Assembly (NCBI RefSeq): GCF_006345805.1
Contig: NC_042999.1
Span: 123,690,001-123,754,000 of the forward strand
Length of the DNA: 64,000 nucleotides
Direction of reading: 5' to 3'
Origin: Octopus sinensis
Taxonomy: Eukaryota
In this document: positions 1-12,814 of the stretch, piece after piece
How positions within the stretch are numbered: the stretch's first letter is position 1
How the letters are laid out: each line of letters opens with the position of its first letter
The notes under the pieces: generated by a model
Seen by the model: only the letters and a program-made list of their open reading frames with translations
Databases searched by the model: none
What the model was told of the DNA's origin: nothing
Program-made: the position numbers and the translations under genes

Positions 1-2254
1 ATCTGCAAAGGATCATAATTTTAAACTGGAAGATTGGCAATTTAATCTTATGATTTAAAAACGAATCACCTAATTTTGGTGACATATTTTTAATAAAAAA
101 GTAAATTTAAGAAACAAAAAATATTGTTCAATGTAGCTAAAATATTCATGAATTTGTTCTCAAAATTAGTTTAATTTCATTGTACCAGAAGCAATTAGCA
201 AATTTAAGCTGACTAACATGAACACAGTTTTCATTTGCAGAATTTTAGTGAAAATTTAAAGAGTCTTAAGAGCATTCTCAAAACTTTTGAATAAATTATT
301 CAAATTTTAGCAATATCAGAATAACTTTTTTTAATTATAAAAGTCTAATGAATAATTTAGACATTTTTATTGTTTTACTGTTTGATTTTTTTAAAACTGA
401 TATTCAATAAATTCATATTCATATAATAATATACACATGTGCATACAAACAAAATATGTATGCAAGTGTAAATTTTATACAAGAATTTGGATGTTTTTAT
501 AAGTAGAATCATTATAGACAAATCAGATACGAGTTTGGTGTTATATTTCCAGGAGTGTGATTTGAAGAAATCTTATTGAAAAGAATCAGTTCAATTGTAA
601 TCACATCTCAGAATATGAAACCTGAATACATGAAATTTAGAGAGCAAAGTGAAGCTGGGGGAAGATTCCTTTCATTCACCGGAAGTTTCATTTGTTTAGT
701 GGCAAACTTTATCAACACGTCATATTCAGAAAAGGATGTTTTGATGTAATTATAAAAATCAATTTCTACAGCAGCCAAGGCAGCAACAAGAAAAAAGAAG
801 CTAAAGAAGAAGGTTTCAACTCTTCACCTAATATTCAATCAAAAGAAGGCAGGATTTCTCCCTGGTTGACAATTAGATTGAATGCTATGATTTAGAAAGA
901 GATTTCTTTACATGAGCTACTCACATGAATATGGTCAATTTCTCATTTAAGTATTTAGCCAGATAAAGCATTTAGTAAATCCAAAATACCTCTATAGTAT
1001 TTTCAGACAGTCTTCATAGGCTTAATGGGAAGGAAGAAGGCAACAAAACGCAGCTTGATAGGTCACATGTTTGGCAAACTATTTTATCTTTTAGAGTGAT
1101 TCTGAAAATCTGTCTAAATCAATGACTATCAATATGGATTGCAGACATGGAGCTTGAATGCACTTGATCTGCAGCCAAAGAAAGGAAGAAATATATTTCA
1201 GGAATTTGTTCAAGTAAACACATTTCAACTGAGTGTTTGTGGGGAAGAGAAAAAGATACAAAAATATATTAACAATATATATATAAGGGAAAAAGTGCAA
1301 GAAAGACCATAAGGAAAGAAGACATTACATCACAAGGAAAATGAAAACAGGGCAAAAAAAAAAAGAAATTTAGAATTGAAAGAACATATAAGTCATGTGG
1401 AGGAAAGCTGGTAAAAAGATCATTAAAAGGAGAATAAAAAAGAAAATGTGTTGATAATGATTGTCATTTGTATAGCATTGTCAGGATTCACCTTGATGAA
1501 GTAGATTTTAAAGTTTATTAATGATTTTTATAAGTTTGCTCCTGTCTAAAGTTTGACCTAAATAAGTTGTATTACTTGAATCTTTAAGATGACACTTTCA
1601 TTTCACTTTAACAGTCTTACTCTAGATGTTACCTACTGTTACTAATTTGTTTTATTATTTTCATTCAAACTACATAACTAAATTAGTGTACATATTTTTT
1701 TTTCCAGTTTAGATTCCTTTCATTTTTAGCCTGCTTCCTAAATCTTAAATCTAATAAATTCTCGAGGCTCTTATTACAGCCACAATAAGTAATAATCAAT
1801 TATTTTCCATTAAATAGCTAATATCACTCTGTTTCAGTATTCAAACAGTTAAAATTTCACTTCAGTTATTGAATAAATATTATTTGAATGTCTTCTGATT
1901 TAATTACAAAAACACTTCTTTCAGTTCAACTCCATTCTTTCAAAAACACTTCTTTTGTTCAACTCCATTCTTTCATATACTTCTTTCACCTGCTTCTTAT
2001 TTAACAATCATAATCTATCTAAAATATTACGTATCTTCCATGATTTAAAATGAACTAGTGTTTCAGATCGGTGTTAATGCATAGCAATTAAAATCACTGT
2101 CCTCTGTACTTTAGAATACTAAGGAGAACATATACATATATATATATATACATACACACATGCACACTCGCATATGCACATACACACACACGCACACATT
2201 TTACCATTCGTACTGTTTACTGATAATGGTTAAAAATCTTTGCACAAAGCTAGC

Positions 2255-2430
2255 AATTTCAGAAGAGGTGGGTAATTCAATTAGATCAACCCCGGTGATC
2301 AACTGACACTTATTTCATCAAACTCAGGAAAGTTAAAGTCAACCTCAGGAGAAATTGAACTCAGAATGTAAATACAGATAAAATCATACTAAGCATTTTG
2401 TCTGGTGTGCTAATGATTCTGCTAGCTTGG
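2255..2430 (-). mobile_element. SINE family F2 copy (decayed)
   Basis: Reverse complement of the F2 pattern. Confidence 0.55.
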
Positions 2431-2573
2431 TACTTTATCTATTTGATGTCTTTTGCCAAACTGTGAAGTTATGGGGATGTAAACACACCAGCACTGGTTG
2501 TCAAGTGGTGGTGGGAGACAAAACACAGAAACAAAGACACACACACATACATGTGTATATATATATATATATT

Positions 2574-3063
2574 TGAGTAGTTGAATGAATTATCTTATTA
2601 AGGATAATTTGAAAGATAACCGATACCTGGGTAGCAAATTCACATCAGAAAGAACACGGTTGAAGCTACGTCCCTAGGGCATAGACTATGTGTCTTCGTG
2701 CGGAAATTTGTATGTTTATTTTAAAATTATAAGTATATGAAAGAATGGAGTTGAATGACTAGTTAACAAATATCCTTTATTCTCGACATATATTTCGAAG
2801 GCTGCATATTCCTAATTCCGAAGGAATAAGGAGTACATTATGCAGTTTTGTCATGGGCTCCTTGAGAGCGGTCAGCTAAAAGTTTTTTGTGCATTTTGAT
2901 GTCGACATAAGTTCCTTGATTTTCCTGATGAGAAATCTGCATAATGTACTCCTTATTCCTTCGGAATTAGGAATATGCAGCCTTCGAAACATATGTCGAG
3001 AATAAAGGATATTTGTTAACTAGTCGTTCAACTCCATTCTTTCATATACTTATAATTTTTAAA
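2574..3063. mobile_element. Penelope-like terminal fragment with 123-bp inverted repeat, inserted in the (TA)n of a SINE
   Basis: Arms 2723-2845 and 2937-3059, ~2 mismatches, 91-bp spacer. Contains a hammerhead motif. Splits the SINE at 2432-2560 / 3082-3241. Confidence 0.65.
2919..3003 (+). ncRNA. Type I hammerhead ribozyme (Penelope-type, palindromic stem III)
   Basis: Stem I ATTTTC/GAGAAT; core CTGATGA (2925-2931); stem II GAAATCTGCATA/TATGCAGCCTTC (10 of 12 pairs); GAAAC-ATAT-GTC with predicted cleavage after 2997. Confidence 0.8.
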
Positions 3064-3456
3064 TATATATATATATATATATATACGATAGTCTTCTTTC
3101 AGTTTCTGTCTACCAAATCCACTCACAAGGCTTTGGTTAGCCCAAGGTGCCATGCAGTGAAGACACTTGCCCAAGATGTCATGCAGTGAATCTGAACTTG
3201 GAACCATGTGGTTGAGAAGTAGACTTCTTATTACACAGCTACACATGTGCTTTGGTTTTGAAATTTTTTAAACTCTTTAAAAATTGTTAATAGTTAATGA
3301 CATAACTTTGTACCTTCTATATGTATCTTATGTGCAGAGAGAGAGAGAGAGAGACTGATATCTTTTTTTTAAAATAAGCATGGCATTACTCATTCAGTTA
3401 ATGAATAACATCATTTTGTAGAATGTCAAAGGCCGATTACAGCTACATCTATTTAT

Positions 3457-3628
3457 TCATCATCGTCATCATCATCGTCGTTTAACGTCCGTTCTCCATG
3501 CTAGCATGGGTTGGACGGTTCGTCCGGGGTTCTGGGAAGCCAGAAGGCTGCACCAGGCTCCAGTCTAATTTGGCAATGTTTCTACAGCTGGATGCCCTTC
3601 CTAACGCCAACCACTCCGTGAGTGTAGT
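3457..3628 (-). mobile_element. (GAT)n-tailed retroposon family F1, 3' part
   Basis: Reverse complement of GGAAGGGCATCCAGCTGTAGAAAC...CCAACCCATGCTAGCATGGAGAACGGACGTTAAACGATGATG. Confidence 0.75.
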
Positions 3629-3650
3629 TATTATTATTATTATATTTAAG

Positions 3651-4092
3651 GTAAGGCAGTGAACTGGCAGAAACATTAGCATGCCAGGAAAAATGCTTAG
3701 CGGTAATTCATCTGTCTTTACGTTCTGAGTTCAAATTCTGCCAAGGTCAATTTTGCCTTTCGGGGGTCAATAAATTAGGTACCAGTTGCATACTGATGTC
3801 GATCTAATCGACTGGCCCCCACCCCAGAAATTTCGGGCCTTGTGTCTAGAGTAGAAAGGATTATTATATTTAAGGTGGTGAGCTGGCAGAATCATTATCA
3901 TGCTGGGCAAAATGCTTAGCAGCATTTCATCTGTTTTATGTTCTGAGTTCAAATTCTGGCAGGGTCCACCTTTGCCTTTCAACCTCTTGAGGTCAATATA
4001 ATAAGTATCAGTCATGCACTGGGTTGATGTTATTGACTCACTACTATCCCAAAGTTACTGGTCTTGTTCCAAAATGTGAAATCATTATTATT
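3651..4092 (+). mobile_element. Two tandem copies of SINE family F2 (GGCAGTGAGCTGGCAGAA head; GCCTTTCATCC..GGGTCGATAAA..AAGTACCAG core resembling the MetaSINE domain)
   Basis: Units 3651-3868 and 3872-4092, both ending AGAAAGGATTATT-like. Confidence 0.7.
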
Positions 4093-4796
4093 ATATTTAT
4101 TTCATTTTTCTTTGGTAACTGATTATAATTTATATAGTTAGCACTGGAAGAAAATGATATTGATGGTACCATATCATAAGCTTTTAAGAAATAGCATATT
4201 TTATTTCTCAGTTCTGTCAATTAGTTCATACATGACCTTTTAACTATCTTCTGTACCTGATAAATCTTGCTTCCAGCACCAAGATTTCTAGTGTGAAATA
4301 TTTCAAAATATTTAATCTCCTTGCAGCAACTTTAGAAAAGTTGGCAGGCATTCCAGTTTTTCAGGATAACCATTGCTGCTCCAACTTTTTACTATTATTT
4401 AGTCTCTTTATCTATCGCATATTTTCCATTCAAAATGCTTTGATTGAAACATGATCATCATCATTATCACCATCACCCTCCTCATCATATTTACCCTCAT
4501 CTGCCTCATCCTCTTCATCATCATCATCATTTTAACATCCACTTTTCCATGATTGCATGGGTCAAGTGGAATTTGTTGGGGTAGATATTCTATAGTTGGA
4601 TGCCCTTCCTGTTGCCAACCTTCACTTGTTTCCAAGCAGAATAATATTTCCCCATAACCAGACATGTTTTCACTGAAAATTAGAAACAAATGATACTGCT
4701 TGTATGATGGTGACAACCATTTACAGCCATCATGCTAAGTCAACACACACACTCACAAATAATTTTATATAGGCTCCACCACTAACTAAATGAATC

Positions 4797-5190
4797 TTTT
4801 ATCTTTTACTTGTTTCAATCATTTGACTGTAGCCATGCTAGAGCACAGCCTTTAGTCGAGCAAATCAATCCCAGGACTTATTCTTTGTAAACCTAATACT
4901 TATTCTACCAGTCTCTTTTGCCAAACTGCTAAGATACAGGGATGTAAACACACTAGCATCAGTTGTCAAGTGATATTGGGGGAACAAACACAGATGCACA
5001 AACAGATACACATACATACACACACACACACATATATATACGACCGGCTTCTTTCAGTTTCCATCTACCAAGTCCACTCAAAAAGCTTTGGTTGGCCTGA
5101 AGCTATAGTAGATGACACTTGCCCAAGGTGCTATGCAGTAGGACTGAACCCTAAAACCATGTGGTTGGGAAGCAAAATTCTTACCACTCA
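4797..5190 (-). mobile_element. tRNA-headed SINE with CORE-like CCTTGGGCAAGTG motif and internal (CA)n/(TA)n (family F3)
   Basis: Other copies or fragments at 2432-2560 + 3082-3241, 7545-7822, 25835-25995 and 39712-39798 (-), and heads at 5375-5475, 6852-7010 and 34715-34825 (+). Confidence 0.7.
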
Positions 5191-5546
5191 GACATGTCTG
5201 CCAACTTTTATTATGACATAGACATGGAAAGTAAAGCAGTGAAATGAGAAAGAGAATAGAAACAGATTTAAGATCTAAGTAATATATATTTGATGGGAAG
5301 AAGGATGTTTCAAGAATGTAATAAAAGGGAATAATAATACAGTAGAAGGCATGACTATAGGCATCAGCATGACTATAAGTGCAGGCAAATCTGTGTGGTT
5401 CAGAAGTTTGCTTTGCAACCACATGGCTTCAGGTTCAGTCCCACTGCATGGCACATTTAGTAAGGGTATTTTTCTATAATCCTGTGCCAATCAATGGAAG
5501 TCTCATGTTTATTGTTATTGCTATCACTATTGCTGTTGTTGTTTTT

Positions 5547-6057
5547 GTGGAGGCACAATGGTCCAGTGGTTAGGGCAGCAGACTCACAGTTGTAAGATTG
5601 TGGTTTCGATTACCAGGCCGGGCATTGTGAGTGTTTATTAAGCAAAAACACTTAAAGCTCCATGAGGCTCTGGCAGGGGGTGGTCGTGAACACTGCTGTA
5701 CTCTTTCACCACAACTTTCTCTCATTCTTTCTTCCTGTTTCTGTTGTATCTGTATTTCAAAGGGCCAGCCTTGTCACACTCTGTGTCCCGCTGAATCTCC
5801 CCAAGAACTACGTTAAGAGTACACGTGTCTGTGGAGTGCTCAACCAAATGCACATTAATAAATGAGCTGCAACATCACTGGTGCCAAGCTGTATTGGCCT
5901 TTGGCTTTCCCTTGGATAACATCGGTGGCATGGAGAGGGGAGACTGGTATGTGTGGGCGACTGCTGGTCTTCCATAAACAATCTTGCCCAGACTTGTGCC
6001 TCGGAGGGTAACTTTCTAGGTGCAATCCCATAATCATTCATGACTGAAGGGAGTCAC
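5547..6057 (+). mobile_element. tRNA-headed SINE (family F4, long head variant)
   Basis: A box TGGTCCAGTGG, B-box-like GGTTTCGATTACC. 3' half shared with 29937-30262 and 36566-36872. Confidence 0.7.
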
Positions 6058-7050
6058 AAGAAAAATTCCTGTTGTTATCCCTATCCCGTATTTCTTCAAT
6101 GAGTAATTGTTTACTGTAACTACCTTCTTTTTATCTATATACTATCAGTTTTTTGCCGATAAATATTTAATTCTTTAAAGAAGAAAAGAACTATACTGAT
6201 GTAACAATTAGGCTGATTAGAAGTCTGAAGAAATGAAATCAAACGTAAAATGTAATTATTAAGGTAGCCACATTAGTTTATGATATTCGAAGCAGTAATC
6301 ACTTCCAAAAGTGATCTTTCTTTATAATTTATTTCCAGAAAATATCAGTGGAATTAATTTTGTAATGGTGTAAAAGTTAACATCACCAGTTTGATTTATA
6401 AAACTAATAAGTGAACAGTCTGCACAAATAAGGTATGAATGAGGAAAAAAATAAATAAATAACTGTGTCAAAGAGATAAACAAGACAAGACTTAGACTCT
6501 AATGTAGTTAATTAAATTTCATAGTGTTCTTCTTTTAAGCTGTTCTTTTCTTTCTGATGTCCAGTTTGAGATATACTGTGATAGATGAGAGATATAAATA
6601 CATGTGATAAAACTCAACACATTCAAGTTTTTGAGCAAACCTTCAAACAAGGAAATATAATGCATTAGTTTTTGTACAAATACACAAAGAATAATTTGTT
6701 TCTTGCTTTTTCTATTTATTTATTTTATTTTATTTATTTATTTATTTTTTTGTTGAGACATCTAGGTTACATAGAGCAGAATAGAACAGCATAATTTATT
6801 TCATGGTAAACTCTTTTTAAAATAATGTCCAGAAGAAATTTGTTTTTGCCATCACATGGATCCAAGGTTCACTCCCATTGCACAGCACTTTGGACCAGTG
6901 TCTTCTATTATAGTCTTAGACTGACCAATGCATTGTGAGGGAATTTGCTAGACAGAAACTGTGGAACCCTATTGCGTGTGCATGTTTGTTTGTGTGTGTG
7001 TGTGTGTATGCACATATATATATCTACATATGCATATATGTATGTATGTA

Positions 7051-7088
<38 letters not shown>

Positions 7089-7089
<1 letters not shown>

Positions 7090-7379
7090 CATCATCATCA
7101 TCGTTTAACGTCCGTTCTCCATGCTAGCATGGGTTGGACGGTTCGACCGGGGATCTGGGAAGCCAGAAGGCTGCACCAGGCTCCAGTCTTATCTGGCAAT
7201 GTTTCTACAGCTGGATGCCCTTCCTAACGCCAACCACTCCGTGAGTGTAGTGGGTGCTTTTTACGTGCCACCTGCACAGGTGCCAGGCGAGGCTGGCAAC
7301 AGCCACGGTCGGATTGGTGTATTTTACGTGCCACCGGCACGGATTCCAGTCGAGGCGGCGCTGGCATCGGCCACGAGTC

Positions 7380-7415
<36 letters not shown>

Positions 7416-7516
7416 TCATCATCATCATCATTTAACGTCCATTTTCCATGCATGTATATATATATATATATCATCATCATCATCATTTAACGTCCGTTTT
7501 CCATGTTAGCATGGCT
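7089..7516 (-). mobile_element. F1 copy (7089-7379) plus two tail-only fragments (7413-7450, 7471-7516) in (TA)n
   Basis: Three CATCATCATC(G/A)TTTAACGTCC tails, each preceded by (TA)n. Confidence 0.75.
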
Positions 7517-7544
7517 GAATTGACCCAAATACTTATTTTTCATT

Positions 7545-7822
7545 TTAAGCCTGGTACTTATTCCATCAATTTCTTTTTGCCAAACCCCCAAGTTACAGAG
7601 GATATAAACCCACCAACACCGGTTACCAAAAGTGTGGAGTACAAACACAGACACAATCACATGCACACACACACACACACATACACGCACACATATAATG
7701 GCTTCTTTCAGTTTCCATCTACCAAATCCACTTACAAGGTTTTGGATGGCCCAAAACTAAAGTAGAAGACACCTTCCCAGGTGCCATGCAGTGGTACTGA
7801 ACCCAGATCCATGTGGTTGGGA
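7545..7822 (-). mobile_element. SINE family F3 copy
   Basis: Aligns to 4870-5170. Confidence 0.65.
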
Positions 7823-8777
7823 AAACTAAATATTTTTCAGAATATAGCCTAGTGTCTAACTGGGATTTGATTCTATTCTCCCTCAGTTGATGCCTCTAGA
7901 ACTTAATGATTTTGCCATTTGTTATTCAATCATGTACCTAAACAAAAAATTATAATTAATATAGCTATATGTAACAGCACTAACAAGTGATAGTATATAA
8001 CTATAGTTTTAACTTTAAAGTTATGTGAATTTTTCCATAGTTTGCTGTAACAACATATGGCTTCTTGAATAGATTCCCTTGCATTCTGAAAGTACAGAAC
8101 TTTCTCATACTTAATATGTCAGGATAAATAATAGTTTATACAGACTTATTTCAAATTGTACTACATAATAGCTAACTTTCTATTAATATATCAAATGTTA
8201 CAAATGAATAATTCATTGTAGTATTAACTAACTTAGTTTGTCTTTGGAGAATTCTGTCACTAACTAGCATCTTAATCTTCATCATGCTATCATTCATTTC
8301 CTTTTACAGAAGCCCTTCTTTCAATGTTTCAACTTAGTTTTAGATCCATTTCAAATTTTAAAATGTGATGCAATTATTTCAACTTGTATGATGATCGAAA
8401 TTCCATTACAAAACTCTTTGGACAATCTATACTTAAACATCAGAGTCATTATTTTCTAATTGTTAAAGACTTATAATTTAGTTTATATTTAGCTCAGTGT
8501 TAAATTTATTCATGATATCCTTATGGTATATTTATTTCTGCCAATTTACCAACACTCAGACAAAAACAGCAGCAACAACACCAACAGCTAAACACACAAG
8601 AACCATTCTTCAATTTAACTGTTTAAGACAGAAACAGCAGTGACTTGACAAAATACAAAGACTACCAAAGCAAAAGATATAAACAAAAGGGAAAGGGTTT
8701 GAAGAGCTTGTATTCTAAACTCCAGTGAGCAGGCTTCAACCGAAAATCCCATTACATAACTACAAGACCCTTGAAAT

Positions 8778-9240
8778 AAATTTGGCATCCATGCTAGTGG
8801 AGCACTAAGATCACCATCTGAGCATGATCGTTGCCAGAACGGCTAACTGGCTTCCGTGCCAGTGACATGTAAAAAGCACCATTCGAGTGTGATCGTTACC
8901 AGTGTCACCTTACTGGCACTTGTGCCAGTGGCATGTGAAAAAAACATTCAAGCGAGGTCATTGCCAGAGCCACTGGACTGGCTCCTGTAGGTTGCATATA
9001 ATAAACACCATTTGAGCATGGCCATTGCCAGTACTGCCTGAATGGCCCTCGTGCTGGTGGCACGTAAAAGCACCCACTACACTCACAGGGTGGTTAGCAT
9101 TAGGAAAGGCATCCAGCTGTAGAAACCCTGCCAGATCAAGATTGGAGCCTGGTGCAGCCATCTGGTTCGCCAGTCCTCAGTCAAATCGTCCAACCCATGC
9201 TAGCACGGAAAGCAGACGTTAAACGATGATGATGATGATG
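8778..9240 (+). mobile_element. F1 copy with internal repeated modules
   Basis: GGCACGTAAAAGCACC-type modules and (GAT)n tail. Confidence 0.75.
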
Positions 9241-9341
9241 AATGTGGAAATTTTTCACAATAGAGTGAATATTTTTGGGCTTACCCATCTTCTCTAAAAC
9301 AAAAGTAAACAATTTCTCCCATTTCTTTTCTTTCAACTAAT

Positions 9342-11387
9342 ATGACCATGCTCAGAATAGGTTGTATAAATGCATGTGGCCTGGGTTTGCTTAAAAGATA
9401 GATCACTCACTCAATAACATCAGGTTAGTAGATTTATGCACAATAGCCATCAGAGAGACATGATTTTTCCAACCCATACACCTATCAATAAACAAGAACA
9501 AAAGCAGTGCTTGCAAAACAGTGCAGAGTGGGTGGATTTCAATTTTCTAAATAGTTTGAATGTTCCATTATTTAGTGCTGGTAGGAAACTAGAATAGCAG
9601 TTTAACTACATATTGAGATTGTGTGGTGTGAAGTTAGCCAACTGAAATGCAAGATGGGATACGTCACAAACTTGATCAAAAAGCTTTAGACAATTGACAG
9701 GTAGACTGGATTTCTTGAATGCATCAATGCAGACATGGAGCAACATATCAGGTCATCTGGACAGATAAAGTATTTGTTGGGTTAGCAGAGAGAGATAAAG
9801 TGAGAGAGAGAGTGTGTAAGGTGTCCATCATTTCAACTGTTTGACTACAGAAGCCACACATTTGTAAGCTGACATTTAACCTAGACAGAACGCATAGACA
9901 GGTGCCTGACTACAGGAAATTGTATGCAACATGCAAGGTGTACAAAGTCTACAACCAAAAAAAGATTTCCAATGGACATGAGTTGGAATAAGAACAGTAA
10001 TAACCAAGTAAAGAACGAATATATAGTGCATGTGCTTATTTCACAAAAAAACAAAAACAATGACCATCCCAAAATACAACAACACACGATTTCACATCAG
10101 GAATCTTGCAATGCAAATTCATAAATGTGACAGATTTTGTCTTTGTTGTATAATATCACCTGACCATCATTCCCAGCCCCAGTTTTTATCTGATCAAAAT
10201 GGATCATCTACTATTTCATGCATGGAGGGATACTCTGACTGAGGAACCATAGATATGCACTGTAGCTGTATCATCTGTCCTCTAGAGATTCTAGCATGGT
10301 AAGCAAATGTGGTAAACTTTTGTCAGACATACTTTTCCCACAGCTCCTCTTTTTGAAAATATACAGTCTTGGGGTGAGTAAAGACTCAGACTGGACAACT
10401 AATATCTAGAATATTGTCAGGTACTCACATCCTCTAGACAATTTGGCTGGTGTAACTTTCACATTAACTTATCTAATGAGAACTTGTAGTGGGAGCAGAA
10501 CGATTAGACACTTGGTTAGTTTGTTGCCGAGGACCTTCAACCCAAGAACTGTGGAAAGCTTTTAAATGTCCCTGGTTTAGCAGTGCTACCATAGAGTATT
10601 GCTGTCTGAGATAAACCCAACAGATATGGAAGTATCATGAACTGAATCTAAGATGCATGCAAAGCAGTTATACCATTTGCATACATCATGTATACATTCA
10701 ATCAGTTTCCAATGATCGCTGACATGTAAAAGGGCCAGGCTTGCCCAAGATGTGTGTAGAGTGACAAAAATCTTCTGCATGTTCTCATCCTGTGTCCAAT
10801 TATTGCTGACACACAGGTTTATGTTGAACACCTGCTGTCATGTGCAGAATGGATCTGGCTATTGAAGGGTCCATTGTGAAGATTGTCCCACCACCTTCCT
10901 TTAGCTGGGAAGGGCTGGCAGTGTTTCTTTGCTGGAGGCCTTAGCAAAAGAAGTTGTGTGGTGGACCACATTGAAAGGGTTGAAGACACTTTCTTCTTTG
11001 ACAAAGCCTTCATCCACCTTTCAAATTTCAATTGAGAAAGAAAGCCAGAGTAGAGAGGGCATTGCTGCCACCTAGCAATTTTATTGAAAGGTGGGTGAAT
11101 GTGGCAACAATGGTCCAAGTGAATAGGCCTATCCTAAGCATGCACCTGTAGATGATGTGGAGAGGGAACTAGATGGTGTGGACGTGGTCAGGATAACATT
11201 GGTTTTGTGGGGTTTCCATGAGCAGCTCTAGGAAGCCCCTTCTTTTGGGGAATAATTCATTGTTAAAATTTTATATTGTTACTGTTTTTTTTTACATTTT
11301 ACACACCTTTTATGTAACCTCACATTGTAATGTCCTGTACCATCTCCAGTATTTTTCATAAACCTTTAGTGATTAATAAAGAAAACA
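9342..11387 (+). pseudogene. Decayed, internally deleted L1/Tx1-clade ORF2 related to element B, with its 3' UTR
   Basis: Manual translation: MTMLRIGCINACGLG (B: VGCLNVRGLG), LVLVGN*N (LVVLGDFN), TWSN..HLDR, CPSF (CPQF), ACPRCV*SDKNLLHVLILCP..QVYVEHLLS (ICPRCGRDRETVPHAIVHCP..WVYAEHLLS), ALAKEVVWWT, ERWVNVA. Ends TAATAAAGAAAACA. Confidence 0.8.
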
Positions 11388-11404
11388 TAATTATTATTAT
11401 TATT

Positions 11405-12617
11405 GTTGTTGCTGTTGCCTTTGCACAGCTTCTAATGCTGGAGATGTACTATAGTGTCAGCTGTTCACTACCAGTGAACTAAGATAACACCTCTTATTTT
11501 CCAAGCACCTTCCAGAGTATTTGAGTGGTTCTAAGGAGTGCTGTTTTCTGCAAGTGCCCACCCTTATTGCAGCGCCTATTTGTTCCACATACTTCTCGAG
11601 ATTTTTGCTCACTGTTCCTAGGGCTCTAACAATTATTGGTACTACTGCTACCTTTTCCATCGACCACAGCTATTTAACTTCCCAAGCTAACCTGTCATAT
11701 CTCTCAACTTTTCTTTCTTCCTTATCGCATACCTTGTTGTCAGCTGTCTATGATCCAGCATACTTTGTTTTCTTTCTCGATTAAGACTATGCCCAGCTTC
11801 CTATTCTCAATCTCATGGTTGCACTGAATCATAGAATCCCATAGGATCTTTGCATTTCTATTTTTGACAATGCCTTCAGGTTTCATTCGTTTTCAATTTC
11901 TTGTATAGTGCTTTATCTTTGCAATCTTTCATCCTACACAAGCCTGATCTTCCTACTTCTAATAACAGTGGTTCTGTGGCATTTTTTACATACCATGCTA
12001 TGCTGTTTTCTTCTGCTCTAATGCTGTGTTTGCATCCAATAAGCCCTCTTTTTCTTGGTACATACAGTCTGTCTGTGTCACTTTTTGGGCGGAGTGACTC
12101 ATATCTACTTTGCAACATCTTTGTCTTTCTGTTTAAGCTGTTCAGTTCGTCTACTGTCCATGCGATTACCCCTGATCCATATCTAAGGAGTGAAACTACC
12201 CAGGTGTTGATAGCTTTGATTTTATTCCGTCTGTTTAATTTTGACTTAAGGATCAGTCTCAGTCTGCACAAGTGCTCCACCTTAAACTTTTCTGTCATTT
12301 CTTTCTCCATCAATTTATCCATTTCCAAAATCCCCAAGTACTTATAGCCTGTCTCTTCTATCTGCTTCATAACCTCCCCTGACGGTATTGTTAGCCCGAC
12401 CATACATTTGATTTTACCTCTCTTCAAGACTAACACACCACACTTCCTCAGTCCAAATTCCATTCTGATATCAGCACTGAAGGTATACACTGTATCAATG
12501 AGGGAATTGATTTGGGCTTCATCTTTACCATAAAGTTTGAGGTCATCCATGAATAACAAATGGTTGGCTTTTTTTTGGAGGCTTTTAAATACATACCCAG
12601 CTTTTGCTTTCCTATTG
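11405..12617 (-). mobile_element. R4/Dong-clade non-LTR retrotransposon fragment (RT C-terminus + restriction-like endonuclease remnant)
   Basis: HLLFMDDLKLY, DIRMEFGLRKC, YKYLG, AINTWVVSLLRY, RLYVPRKRG; VPIIVRALGTVSKNL at 11457-11660. Confidence 0.8.
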
Positions 12618-12620
12618 TTG

Positions 12621-12676
<56 letters not shown>

Positions 12677-12814
12677 GTCATTATTATCATTATTATTATT
12701 ATCATCATCATTATTATTATTATTGTTATTATTATCATTATTATCATCATCATCATTATTATTATTATTGTTATTATTATCATTATTATCATCATCATCA
12801 TCATCATCATCATC
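12615..12814. repeat. (TAT)n/(CAT)n compound microsatellite
   Basis: Direct reading. Confidence 0.95.

Noticed and set aside
600-830. Stop-free frames on both strands (e.g. minus strand FFFLVAALAAVEIDFYNYIKTSF...) as host exons
   Set aside because: No recognisable homology and no convincing splice-site pair; a host gene cannot be supported.
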